Below are positions 28,081 to 41,932 of a stretch of 64,000 nt of DNA, piece by piece. The notes below the pieces were generated by a model. That model did no database searches, had not been told where the DNA came from, and worked only from the letters and a program-made list of their open reading frames with translations. The stretch's first letter is position 1; each line of letters begins with the position of its first letter. The position numbers and the translations under genes were made by a program. Source of the stretch: the human T2T-CHM13v2.0 reference genome, Homo sapiens; assembly GCF_009914755.1 (NCBI RefSeq), contig NC_060937.1; one strand, 5' to 3'.

Positions 28081-29269
28081 CTTGATATTCTGATACGTTT
28101 TAGAAGTGGATTCTGTCAAAACTTGCAGGAGAGTTGAGATGCCCACAACTCATCAGTACCACATATCTGAATAGGACACGGTAGACGCTAAATAAATATG
28201 CCAGATTGTGAGTAAGTGAATGGATGCTGTTGAAAGTCTGGGGAGTTTTATCAGGAAAAGCTGTGATAATGACACAGTGCTATGCAGTATACAAAGCAGT
28301 CCTTTTAATAAATAGTAAACATGTTGGCAAAAAATTGAAATAAACATTTCAAATGAATAGTTGATAGATTGATAATATAAGGAAATTAGGCAAATCATCA
28401 AGAAAAGACATCAAGAGCCTAATACTTAAATGATCAGAAGGCATGAACAATTTTTAAAAGAAGAAATGTAAGAGATAATAAACATGAAAATGTTCAGTTT
28501 AATCAGGTATAAAACAATGGAAGTTTCACTAGCTATACACTTTGAGTTTTATTTTTTGGCCTTTTGTACAACTATGTGCAAAATTCCCCTGCCAAATTTT
28601 GCGCATATATATTTATTTAAGAAGATTGTATTTTTCCATCAAATTTATCCAATAGTACATTTTACCACGTATAATTGTAACCGTCAACAGTTTAGCTTAT
28701 TGCTGACTTTTTATACTTATAATTTTCATTATGAACAAGATAATAGACTTTTTGTTTATTTTTCAAAAATTATCTTTATTTAAATATGCATAACAAAGAA
28801 AAAACTTGCGATTGCACCATTAAGATCACTCTTGTTGACATTTAAAAAACGTAATATATACACGTAGATGAAAAGCTCAAGTAGAACAGGAAGAAGTAAA
28901 TCAAATGTAAAATTCTTACCTTCCCGCTCTCTTCTGTTCCTCTCCAAAGATGACCACTTTCAGTTTCTTTCATATTATCCAAAAATGTTTTAGCAAATAT
29001 TTTATTTTTCTTAATTCATGTTTTTTTAAAAGAGTTGTGAACAATGGTAAGAGAGAGGACAATTCAACTTTGTCCCATGTCATTAGACAAAGGGGGATGA
29101 AGAGACACATGTAGATAAGAGAGAATCATACAGACAGACGCTTAAGTCCCCCCTGGATAGAGTTTTATAATGCTTCCCAATGGGGTCTAAATGTTCTCAG
29201 GTTCAAACTGGCAGGTCTGGGCATTGTCCTTCACAATTGGGAAATACAGTATTTTATCAAACCTGATAC

Positions 29270-29700
29270 GTCATTCAGATTTTAAAATGTGGAACAAAAA
29301 GCCCCTTAAAATTCGAGATCCTTTGATTCTGAAGTTAGTCTTCTAGGATGCTATTCTAGGGAAATATTTAGAAGTGCAGGAAGAAATTTACGAATAAGGA
29401 TATTTATGGCAGTGTTAATTATAAGTAGGACATAACCCCAATGTCCAACTTGAATAATTAACATCAGGTATAACCACACGAAGAAATATGTAACCATTGT
29501 GCAAAGAGAGTTTAATGACCTACCTAATAATATGATTTTTAAGCACAACAGAAGTGTGATATAAAATTATATATAAAGTACAATCTTAAGCAGGTAGGAA
29601 ATCTTAAGCACATAAAGAACTAGAATAAATTATGCCCATATGTTAAGCGTAGTTATTTCTGAGAGGCAGATTGATGTGTTTTCCAAATTTTCTGGTGTAG
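29270..29700 (+). mobile_element. old L1ME fragment
   Basis: TTCTAGGATGCTATTCTAGGGAAATA...AAGGATATTTATGGCAGTGTT...CCCAATGTCCAA; L1 ORF2-end/3' UTR-like. Confidence 0.55.
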
Positions 29701-29715
29701 AAAATGGAACAATAT

Positions 29716-30132
29716 TGTTAAATAAAATTTATAGGAGGGCTTTGATTTGGACTGAGCTCCTGCACTAGGCCCCAACAAACCAAACCAAAATGGAGTCACT
29801 CAAGCTAAAGTAAAAGTCCACCAAGCTGAAACCAAGTTGTTTATCTCACCTTCTAAGAAATCAGGGGAGAGAGAGAGAAGCCAAATCCCCGAACAGGCCA
29901 GTTTTAGCCAGCATGTTGACCTCTCAAGGAAGGAAAGTTTAAAATGACCAATCCACTTTCCTTTCTTGTTTCTTTCTTCAGCTTTTTTTCTGCCTCTAAA
30001 TACTCATGGCCCTTGTTGCAGAGCGGAGTTCTAAGAACCTCCTCTGGTTCTGAAGGTCTCCTGATTTTCAAATTGTTCTTTGCTCAGATATACTCTGTTG
30101 AATCAATTTTGTCGAAAACTTTTCTTTTATCA
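29716..30132 (+). mobile_element. ERV1 solo LTR (MER57/MER93 group)
   Basis: TGTTAAATAAAATTTATAGGAGG...GGACTGAGCTCCTGCACTAGGCCCC start; TTTTCTTTTATCA end; 4-bp TSD ATAT/ATAT typical of ERV1. Confidence 0.8.
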
Positions 30133-32099
30133 ATATTCAATATTAATATGTAATTAAAATCAATATTTAACTCTAAAAAGATTGGTATCACAACAGTTCT
30201 CTGGGAAGCCAAGTCAGCTACCAATAATCACAGCAGTAAAAATCTGAAGATGAGGGCTGACGAAGGCTTTTCTGAAACTTGTTGCCGATGCTCGGCTGGG
30301 CTTGAAGAGGTGAAGACAGTTGCTGAGCGTAAAGCAGTTAAATTACACCATAAAATTCAGGTCAGATGCTAATATATCAAGCTGTTTTTCTGAAATACTG
30401 AATCCTTAATTCAAAATTTAAGCAGTAATAAAAATGGGCATGAATTGCCTACCTCACCCACATCTCTTCAGAATTCAATCACTATCAGCTGTCCCTGGGG
30501 ATGAAGAATGAAATAAAAAAGCACATTTCCTTGAGTTTTAAGAGATTCAATAGACACTGAAGAGAACATCACTTACTTGTGCATGCATGGACTACGAACA
30601 AGCAGGAGATTAGAGAGATCAAAAGCTTCAAACTTTGATGAGGAAGAAAGCTTTCTGTTTAGCTGGGGGTAAAAAGCTCTATCCGGCAAGACTACCTTTA
30701 AAAGGGGCTTTAGAAGTATAGAGCAAGCACAAATCAAAAGTTTACCACAGATATACAAACAATTATAAACATCGCTTCCCGCGTCCCCAACTTACACTTT
30801 CTGGGTAAGTAAATGATAGGAGCCGCCATCTTTAATGGTCTTCATTTTCCTCGGTAAAAAGGTACATGAGGAACACCGGACTCTAGTAGTTCTCTGGTCG
30901 TCAACTCGTTTCCTCAGAAGAGCAGAAAAGGGAGAAGGAGGAGCTGAGCAGCTGAAGAAATTTTACCAAACAGACTTGTTTTTCTTAGTTAAGTTCTGAT
31001 TTCTGGGAAGGATTTGTATTTCTGCTAAGGTCTATGTTCAGAAATGAGCCCCTTTGTAAACGGGCTGGTTGTGCTGCAGAATGATATATAGGACTCCCCC
31101 AAGGGCCGTGCAGGGAAAAGTTGATCGAGGGTTTGAGAAGAAGAGAGTTCATTAAAAAAAATAAAACTTTTTATTGTTTTGAAATAGTAGATTCAAATTT
31201 TCCAATTTTTATAACTCACTCAAGGTCTAAATACAAATTTAATGGTGTTAAAGAGTTATGATATGTCACTATTTTAAAATTCACTTTATTAAACTGGTAT
31301 TAGAATAATTTAGCTTGGTTTTTATAAAGAACTCTAGACTCGTGGGCATGTTCACGACTGCAGGAGTTTGGGACCCTCTCAGAGTGACAGTCTAGTTACT
31401 AAACCGTTATGATGTGCTTGGGTCTCCATGCAATGGACTAAAGAGTGGGAGGATGTCTTTGCAGTTACAGAGCTCCTCAGATACACTCAGGTTGACAATA
31501 TTTACTTCTGAGTGTTGTGTATTTATCACAATAACAATGAAACTCCGATTTTATTATTGTATTTTGTAACCAAAACTATACTCATTCTACAATGTGCCCC
31601 CCCTTGCTTTCCTGTCCTGTTTAGTTTTTGTGACACCCCTGCTTGATCATTTTTATCAGCCGCATGTTTTGAATGGGGAGACTGACTCCCAGCAAGGTTA
31701 ACTACCTTGCCCTAAGTCATCTAGACAGAAAGGGAGAAGGCCCACAAAGCCACGTTGCTTCCCCCATGCCCATGAAGCTGGCTTGAAGGACTCACAATAA
31801 GAGAGGTGGGGCAGGAGAGTGCCTTCGTGTTGCTTTAGAACATAAGATTATGTGCTTCAAGAGCAGAGGGCAGATCAGTTTAAAGGGTCCTATTTCATTT
31901 TATCAGATTCAACAGGAATAGAAGAATATTGGAGTAGCCTCAGGCCAGCAATGTGCTGAGATCAGGAAGTGCTTGCTTACCTGAAGTCGTATACTTAGTT
32001 ACAGGTGGGACAGGTGTGCACGACCTATTTTGATGCTTGTATGGATGCGGGTAGAACAGACGTCTTGCATTCTGGAAAACGCAATGATGGAATGGAGAA

Positions 32100-33060
32100 T
32101 TGAAGGTTTCCACTGTATTTTGAACCCTAACTCATTTCTTACTAGTCATCTCTGACTTCCCCTTTTCCTTTTTCCACTCCTCTGATAGCTAAAAATTCCA
32201 CATGTATTGTTCATTATTACCAAGCCTCCCTCTCTCCCTCCCTCCTTCCTTTCTCTCTCTCTCTTTCATTCACTCACCATTCCAAGTTTGGCTGTCATCA
32301 CCTCATTCCTGATCACTTTAATACCTCCTAACTGATGTTTCTTTTTTGGACTCTTTTCCACCTGAATTCAGCCCCGACCCATAACACGATCTAATTAATT
32401 TTCCTGAAAAACTTTGATCATGTAACCACTCTGACCTCAAAATATTAATAAGTCCTCTGGCCTGTTGGAGAAAATAAAACTTTTTTAAAGCATTGCATTC
32501 AAAGTGATACTGACCTTTGCTGGTAGCTTACTTGGTTACTGGACAAACTATTTGCTAGAAATGCCATGACGTTTTTGCCACCAAATTTTTATTCATATTC
32601 TTTCATGCAGCAAACATGTCTCTTTTCCTCTCCATCATACCAATCAGACCAAAATTTCAAAGTCAAACTAAAATTAACCTTCCCCATCAAGATTTCCCTT
32701 AATGCTTAGGAACTTAATGATCCAGCTTGGAAAGACCTGTTTACTTGGTCACCAGCCACAGCCAAAGCTGATGGTAACCTTGTCCTGGCCTCAGCAGCAG
32801 ATGCAGAGAGGCCAAGGATGCTAGCATAGTAAGAATGTACTGGTGGGAAGGAATGGAGGGAGAAGACACAGAGCTGTTAGGTGAAAAAAAAATTTTTTTG
32901 AGGATGGAATGGTTTTGGAGATTAATTATAGGAAAGGTGGAGAAAAAATTTGGGTTTGAGATCATGAAAGATAAAGATGGCTGTAGGGAGAGGGAAGGAG
33001 CCTATAGGTATGGACATAACAGGGATTGTCATAATTTTAATGAATTGTTTTAGGTAACAG
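32100..33060. mobile_element. L2 fragments in both orientations
   Basis: Pyrimidine-rich L2-like sequence to ~32720, then purine-rich antisense L2-like sequence. Confidence 0.45.
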
Positions 33061-34458
33061 TGAAACATTGGTTACCTGATTCCCACAGTAGTTGCAAGGG
33101 TTTCCATCTCTTCGAGGGTGTGGTGTGAACTTTCCAAAGAAAGGATTATTTTGCAGCCTTAAACAGTCCAAAATTCCTTTAAAAATGGGAGGCTTTAAGC
33201 AGGAAACCTACTACCCTCTTGAAATTGTATAATAACTATTTCTACTTAGGTTGTTATTTCATCCAGTTGGAGGGACCTAACCACTTTTGGTCCATACTAC
33301 CTTTCACAAACCTTTCAGTGGAGACTTTGATCAAATCCCACACAATTTGACCTTATCATTACTAGCAGTTTACAACATATACATATCACATGCCATGTGT
33401 TAGTCACAGTCTGTCTCCAGGATTACAAGTCCTGGAGACAAGTCCAAAGTTATAATTTTGAACATTCGGGACCACATGTAATATCAAGGATATAGCGTTT
33501 GTGACTAAACAATATATTGGAAGAAACTCATGGTAATGGCATTTGGCTAAAGTTAAAAGCTTAGTTTTAATGGTTGTGAAGATCTGAAAGAATCTTGGTT
33601 TTTGTTTTCTCCAAAACTCTTGCTCAGTTAACTGCATAATATCCAATTATGCATCTTAGGAGAATTAAGGGTTGAGAAAACCCAGCTACTATTGGAATCT
33701 TTGATTCTTTAGAATATGCTCTCCCAAAACCAGTGCTTACCCAACTAAAGTCTTCCCTCTGGGATTTAGTTGATTGTCATAACTTTTGAGCTTGCTTGTA
33801 AAGCCACAGAGCCATTACAGCTAAATGCTGCAGTTTCAAATGTTTTAAAACTCTGGTGTTGTAGCTGATTTTGTTCATTATTTGATCAGGAAAGATAAAA
33901 AACCTAAGAATCTTTTTTTTTCTTGATGTCTTAAATGAACTGGGGTTTTAATGTTTATTTTTTTCAGACTGTAGCATATCAGCTGCAGCACATCGTTTTT
34001 ATAGGTGTGGGAATCAGAAGTCACTAAAATATTTGTATCTTAAGGCTGGAAGAAAATTGCAATTATCATTTACTGCAAGTAAGCAGGGGGCCACCAGGAG
34101 TGCTTTGTTTAGTCTGATTCTTCTTTGCGGTGAGGGGAATGTCAGGCTACCCTTCCAGCCATGTCTCCAGAACAAATTCGCTATGGCTGCAGGTGTTGTA
34201 CTCCTACAAAAAGGTGTAAATCATATGTCTTATGTGTGGTTTTGCAGAAATCCAAGGGCTTTAGGAGTTTATAAATACAGTTTCCCTTAATTTGCGAAGG
34301 ACATCATAAAGATGGCATTTTTCTTAGGTCAGAAGCAAGAATTGGGTTCATTTTTCTGTGATTGGGAGAATCACATTCTCCATTTAATGAGTCACAAGTT
34401 AAGGACTTTATATTGGTTGAATCAGGCACTTCAAGGCCTGACTTTCAGTCTTCTACAT

Positions 34459-34655
34459 CAGCGTTTCCCAGCCTCAGCACTACTCACATTCTGGGTCCAA
34501 TAATTCCTTGTTGGGGAGAAGCCTGTGCATCGTAGGATGCACATTAGAAGCCACTCACACCCCCTTCTCCATCAGTTGCCATGACAAAATAATGTCTCCA
34601 GACGTTGCCAAACGTTCCCTGGAGGATGAAGAATTCTTCCTAGTTAAAAACTGCT
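34459..34655. mobile_element. MER20 hAT-Charlie element
   Basis: CAGCCTCAGCACTACTCACATTCTGGGTCCAATAATTCCTTGTTGGGG...AATGTCTCCAGACGTTGCCAAACGTTCCCTGG. Confidence 0.85.
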
Positions 34656-35849
34656 ATTCCAGATTTACTTTATATTTGGATATTAATTAACTACAGCTTA
34701 GTTTGAGGGTCCTGAAATGCCTCGGTGAACTTTCTTGAATATGAATGAGGACTAGGGAGTAAAAGGTATTGAGGAATAAAAGAGTAACTTTAGTTATAGG
34801 AGCTTGGGTTGCGAGTGCATAAAGGAAATTGTCATGACTCCTAGAATGTGACCTGGAGGACTTGTTTTTATCAGAGCAGAGCTCCAGGCACTCCTGTCTT
34901 TTGTAAGACTTTAAGAAGTCCAGAGTGGTCACACGTCTTAAAAGACCCAGTTTACTTTGATGTGGGGCATCCTTAAACTTCAGGTGTACGTCCCTATAAA
35001 AAATTCACTGATACGTGTGCTGGAAAACCAGGCATGCCACTACCATTCTGCTTCCCATGGCAGACATCACTATTCAATTCTTGCACTATTTAATGCTGAG
35101 TGTAACACCAAAATCTTTCTCAACACAAGACTCCAGGTATTGCTACCAATATGTCCAAATTAGAATTTAAATTGAAACCTATTTGTCACCCGTGCTTTTA
35201 AATTGTTACCAGTTATTTTAAAGCAATGGTAGCCAGTGATGAAATACATTGTTGGAAATATAACCTGCAAACAAAGCATTGAAGTCTAGAATGGAAAAAT
35301 AACAAACAGCAAAGAAAGCGCATTTGGCAAAATTATAAATTTTTATAAATTACAAAGACAAAGTTCATTGTTTTTTTGAAACTGATGGCATGAAGATTTA
35401 TTTTCTCAAGGTCAAATGGTCACTTAGGTTAAGTGAGAAATTCTGTAACAGAGATTTTGTGGGTAGCAAGAAGGTCTTCACAGGCCTGAACTTTGCTCTG
35501 GTGTGTCAAGGCTGCCCACCAAGAGCCACGTTTGTGTACAGTCCCCAAAACTGAAGAGAAATGAAAGACAACTGTGAAAGAGATGGACCATCTTTTGGAA
35601 CAATGGGTGAGAAGGAAGACCCTGGGCATCTGCCTGGGTTGCTGAAATCAGAAAATTCACCCTGAGTCAGGAGTTTGCTGAAAGTAAAACGTGTCTCCAA
35701 TTGGGATTGACGGTCACCAGATTTGTGGAAGTCAAAAACTCTGTTCCCTTTTATGTCCAAAGGATCTAGAAAACTGTGGAAACTTCTTCAGTAGAGAGAC
35801 TCATGTAAAATCAAAGGTCTTGGATTAGTTTGGGAGCCTTGCTACTGAA

Positions 35850-35950
35850 CCAGGAAGTCTGGGAGCGAGCCCGGCAATCTGTGGTGTTATCTAATTCTTA
35901 AACACACTCCTCAGGTGATTCTGATGCATGTTAAGGTTTGAAAACGCTGA
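35850..35950. mobile_element. MER5A fragment
   Basis: CCTCAGGTGATTCTGATGCATGTTAAGGTTTGAAAACGCTG terminus. Confidence 0.65.
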
Positions 35951-36540
35951 TCTAAGGCTGGTTTATTTAACTTTGATTTGCACAGCACTTTCCCCACCCT
36001 GACTCAGATTGTTACAATGCAGTGGTTGGGGTGGGGCTTGACTGTCTGCATTTGTTGTTGCTTCCTGGGCCATGATCCAGTATCTAAGCAGTGAAAGTGA
36101 TTTGCAGTGAGTAGTGAAGCAGAGACAGGCAGCCACCAGGAGGGTGAACCCAGAAGGCAGTGAGCAGTAGGAGCTTTGCTGGACATCGAACCCAAATGTC
36201 ACCTGTTATCCATTCACCAGGAGACAGGGAGTGCTGGTGACAGGGGTGGCCGCGGGCTTCTGTTTAATACCGTGGCAATTCTCACCTGGCTTCTGACTGC
36301 TGCCAAGACAGATGTGGCCTAGAGAATAGCCAATAGCCATTGCAAGGAGACTATTGGGTCTTCATGCCTGATTGGCTGCTTGATCCTGAAGTGCTTTCAC
36401 ACGAGGGTACTTTTATGACCTCATCTTAGAACAAAAATGCCTTTATCCAACTTACTCAGTGTGACTGGGTTCAGAGTGGCTTTTAGTTATTTCCAGAAAT
36501 CAAAATCACTCTCAAAGGAGGAAGTTTTGCTGTTACAGAG

Positions 36541-36930
36541 TGTGATGATTAATACTGAGTGTCAACTTGATTGGATTGAGGGATGCAAAGTATTGATCCT
36601 GGGTGTGTCTGTGAGGGTGTTGCTAAAGGAGGTTAATATTTGAGTCAATGGGCTGGGAAAGGCAGACCCACCCTTAATCTGGGTGGGCACCATCTAATCA
36701 GCTGCCAGCACAGCTAGAATATAAAATGGGCAGAAAAACATGAAAAGACTAGACTGACCTAGCCTCCCAGCCTACATCTTTCTTCCATGCTGAATGCTTC
36801 CTGCCCTGGAACACTGGACTCTAAGTTCTCAGGTTTTGGGACTTGGACCGGCTCTCCTTGCTCCTCAGCTTGCAGATGGCCTATTGTGGGACCCTGTGAT
36901 TGTGTAAGTTAATACTTAATAAACTCTCCT

Positions 36931-36979
<49 letters not shown>

Positions 36980-37026
36980 GATCGATCCTGTTAGTTCTGT
37001 CACTCTAGAGAGCCCTGACTAATACA
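36541..37026 (+). mobile_element. MLT2A (HERV-L) solo LTR
   Basis: TGTGATGATTAATACTGAGTGTCAACTTGATTGGATTGA start; CCCTGACTAATACA end; perfect 5-bp TSD CAGAG (36536-40 / 37027-31). Confidence 0.93.
36932..36987. repeat. tetranucleotide STR (TATC)12(GATC)2
   Basis: Direct count; lies in the MLT2A TA-rich tail. Confidence 0.95.
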
Positions 37027-38497
37027 CAGAGACAGCTGGAAAAAATAAGACCTGGTCTTGAAGGTGGCTCAAGGCAGTGGAGACAGGTGGGGAAAGAGAG
37101 CCTTTCAGATGAGTTCTGGGAAGGCTGAAGCAGCCATGTGAGTGTCCAAGCTCTGGCAGGTTAGACATTGCCATGCCTGGTCGTTGATGGGTGTATCTTG
37201 CATGGTTTGCTATAGCAAATGACCTCAGAGAACAGGCAAGGAGGGGACAAAGAAACCAAGAGCTCAAGAGAGAAACTGCTCTGTTTGCAGTTTTGTCGAA
37301 GGCCACCTCGTTAGCCTTTCACAAAACCGCTCTGTCGGTGGGAGGGGAACTGGCGATACCATTGTGGTTCAGTGAGTCAGCCCGCTCCCCATAGGCAGGG
37401 AACCAGACTCCATGAAATGTTAATTATCTGTTAGAAAAAAACAGTTTATTTTACAGAATTTCAAAAACAATAACTCAATTCCTAGGCAGACTCTGTTATT
37501 TGACTCCCTTAACTTAGATTGAGATAGGCTCAATAAATGTACATGAAAAAATTATAAAGTGGTCTTTTGAAAGGAGACAACATATATTCTTCACTCATGT
37601 GGTTTAGATACCATAACACTTACACACACGGTGATTGAGTTACAGTCAGAAAGGCGCTATAAAATGACCTTTCCTCCCACCAAGTTTAGATCGCCTATGC
37701 AGTTCTAGAGAGAAGTATTAATCTTCAACACAAAATGATCGACTCCATTCCAGCAAGATCACATTGTTCGTATACTTTCTTTGGTTATTTTATCAGCTCA
37801 GCTTCCATTGTTTCTCCAGTGATAAATTGCACTTTTATTCATTTCTTTATTTTATGGACTGCAGAGTCACAGTAATTTCCTTGTTCCAGTTCCATTAACT
37901 TCCTGGCAGTATTGTTTAAAGTCTCCAGGCCCTGATGTGTAATCCAACTGTTTCCCTAATATGTGGGAAGCAGCAAACTGCTTGTTTATGTCATAAACAA
38001 CTCTTGCTATATCTTTTCCCATGAAAATTCTGGCACGAGCTTAGCTCAGTATTCTAGGGCTTAGCATAAACCTGGTGTATACAGAGCCTTCCTGGAGTGT
38101 TTGAGAACCGAGTAGAGGAACTAGGACTGGCCTGGAGTATCATACTTATCCCACCAACCAAGTTAAGCTTCGAAATTTGGAAAAGAGATCACATACACCA
38201 GAATTATTTTCATGTTCATATCTCGGTAGATTCCTCAAACTATCTACACTAGTTTTTTTTTTTCCACTTTTCTCAAGTCCTTGATTTTACCCACACCTTC
38301 CACTATGTCATCATACAAATTAAACCTCATTTCATTGTAAAAATTAAGGTCATCTGATCAACATGCTTTCAGCTATCCCTCCATCTCAGAATGCCTCCAC
38401 ATTGCTCCTGTCCTCTCTGCTTCAAATCTAAACCTAGAACCAGCATGGCTTTTCTTGGCCAAAGTGAATCCACTCACCTGTGCTCCAGATGGCACTG

Positions 38498-38849
<352 letters not shown>

Positions 38850-38989
38850 TAGCAACATTTTCCTTTTTGGAGAGGTCATCTCTGCATTCTATCTTTATTT
38901 TCTTATCTCCTGGTCCATTTTCAAATACACTGTAAATCTAATTTGATCCTCAAACTCCTCCATCAATGTTCAGAGCTGAGATTCTGGCT

Positions 38990-39780
38990 CATGGCGAAGC
39001 AGGCAGTAATGTGGGGGTGGGAAAGCGCAGAGAAAAACTGGAGGTGGGGAAACCTGTTAATGGCAATCATTAAGTCTAAGGAAGCAAGAGGCAATGAAGC
39101 TCTGTGTTAAGGGTTTCAGGGTAGGAGAGCTTGGGTAGAAAGCACAGTGCCCATCAAATCTCCAGGTGGTTTGCTACTAATGGGGGCATGCTGTGTTTTC
39201 AACTTGAATGTTGAAGGAAATGATGGCATTATTTACAAGTATAGGGGCAAAAGGAGGAGAATCTGAGCGCAAGTGTGTGGGGCTAATGAGGAATTAACAT
39301 TAGGCATGTTGAATTCGTGGGGATGGTTGGATGATGAGAGACAAAAGTTGGAACTTTGCATTTAGGGCTGTAGAAGGAAATGAGGGTTAAAGACACAGAC
39401 TTTCAAGTCAACTGCATAAAAGGGAGCCTTTCCACCATAGCTGCAAGTTTCCTGAGAAAGGATGTAAATAGATAGAAGATGGCTTAGGACAGAGCTTTAG
39501 AGAAATTCTACCAGGGACGGGTGGAAAAGGCCTCAAAGGAGAATGCAAGGGAGTAATTCAGGACCTTGTAAATCAGGACTAGTTTCCAAAGAAGTGCAGT
39601 CAGCAGAGTCAAATCATGCAGAGACTCAGCAGCAGCAGAAATGTGAAGAGCCCCAGGAATCTGGCCATGGAGAAGTCACTCATTCTGTTGTTCAGGAAGA
39701 GGTGGCCAGGCCTGCACAGTGGGCTGAGCACTGTTTTAGATAATGGACTAGAGATTCCATTAAATCAACAGCGAATTATG
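38990..39780 (-). mobile_element. L2 fragment
   Basis: TTAGGCATGTTGAATTCGTGG and AGTGCAGTCAGCAGAGTCAAATCATGCAGAG-like antisense L2 blocks. Confidence 0.55.
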
Positions 39781-39949
39781 TCCCTGACTTTAGGGAATGC
39801 ACATTCAAATGACAGTAGCAGAAAATTAACAAGGAATTACAATTCAACTTGGTAAGTGCAATAGCAAAGAGAAAGCAGGGTGTCCTTGCCGCCAATACTA
39901 AGTGGGTGGATTTGGGGACCTCTCAGTCATCTCTCTACTAATAAAGGCT

Positions 39950-40275
39950 CGGCAACCAGACTGCCTGAATCTCAATTATGGCTCAGCCACTTAGCTGTGG
40001 GATCTGCGGCAAGTTATGTCCCTGCTCTCTGCTTCAAATTCCTCATTGGTAGTAAAAAATGATAATGATGATAATAACTATATCTACATTATTGGTTTGT
40101 GGTAAGAATTAAATATTTTAAAATATCAGGGCCACCCATGATTAACAGCCACCGAACATCTATGGCACTTATAGGAGACTTATGAAATAGGCATTATGAT
40201 CACATGTGTTTCCACAGGTGAGGAAACAGACGCACACAGAGGTGAAGCAGCTTCCCCAAAGGCGCATGGCTAAGA
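39950..40275. mobile_element. two MIR fragments in opposite orientation
   Basis: GCCACTTAGCTGTGGGATCTGCGGCAAGTTA (sense); ACAGGTGAGGAAACAGACGCACACAGAGGTGAAGCAGCTTCCCCAAAGG (antisense). Confidence 0.7.
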
Positions 40276-40277
40276 GT

Positions 40278-40788
40278 GGTTATTTGTCTCCTTGTCACGC
40301 TGTTTTGAGGGAAGGATTCCTACACTAGGATTATGAAGATCGCCAAACAGATGACGCTGGATCCCAGAAAAGTGGGGCAGAATGCAGTTTAGTTGTCACA
40401 TATGCTCACAGCCTAGGGAAGAAGACAGCGGACAGCCCACAGGGCCACGCGATGGTTCAAGAACAGAGTGAACAGCCAGGGCCTGTGAAAGGTGGGTTTG
40501 TAGTAACAAGAAGGGGACTTGGCCCCCGTTTTTGCTGTGTTCATGGGGGTGAGTGGCTGTGTTCATGGGGGTGTATGACTAATTTTGTAGGCTGGCAGGG
40601 AACCAAAACCTACTACCCAAAGATAAGCAGGAACTGTGCCTGGTCCCCTGGTGAATTAGTGTTTTTGGCTAGGGGACCTTACCTGTCAGAGCAGAGTGGG
40701 GAGGGAAACTTGTGGTCATTTGAAGCCTGATTTTATCAGATGTCAAAGCCTCACTTAATATTGAACCCCAATTTCAGGGCTTACACCT
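40278..40788 (-). mobile_element. ERVL solo LTR (MER73/MER88/LTR53-like group)
   Basis: GATAAGCAGGAACTGTGCCTGGTCCCC, GGCTAGGGGACCTTA and CAGATGTCAAAG...AATATTGAACCCCAATTTCAGG blocks; subfamily uncertain. Confidence 0.65.
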
Positions 40789-41438
40789 CAGTGACCTAGT
40801 GGTGATTAGGACCCATGTATTCTGGGTCCAGGTCCAAGTGCATCTACACTATCCTGTATTTTCTAAAATTCAGACAAAATGTTTTCTTTTGAACATGTCT
40901 TACATTCTCCATCTCGACAATGTTTGTTCAAGCCTATCTCTTTGCCTGGAATTCCCTCTTGATTCTCAACTCAGCTTTTGAGATCCTGTCTGCCAAGGAC
41001 CATCTCAAATGCCAGTTACTTTGCAAAGCTGCTTCGGTCAGATGTGGCCCCTTCTGCGTTTCCAGCACATTGTACGGGGAAAGAGCGTGCCAGAAAATCA
41101 TGGCTCAGTCTCTGACTTTGCTATTTGTTTGTTACATACTCTTGGGGAAATGAGCTTGATTACCCTTAGTTTTCCCATTTTTCCAGCAGGGATAATAATT
41201 TCTCTTTGAGAACTCTTGAAAACACATGTGTAATGCTCAGTATTTAGAAGTCACACAATAAATATGAATTTCTTTCTCTTAAATGATTTTGTATCTCTAC
41301 TGACCCCGGTATTATTATGCTTCATACTATAATTACTTGTTTGTTTTATTCACTCCCACTAGGCCATAAACTTGAGAGACGGTATTTTACACTTTTGTCT
41401 TTCACATCTTTGTCCTGGTTATTTGCTGCTCACCGTCA

Positions 41439-41932
<494 letters not shown>

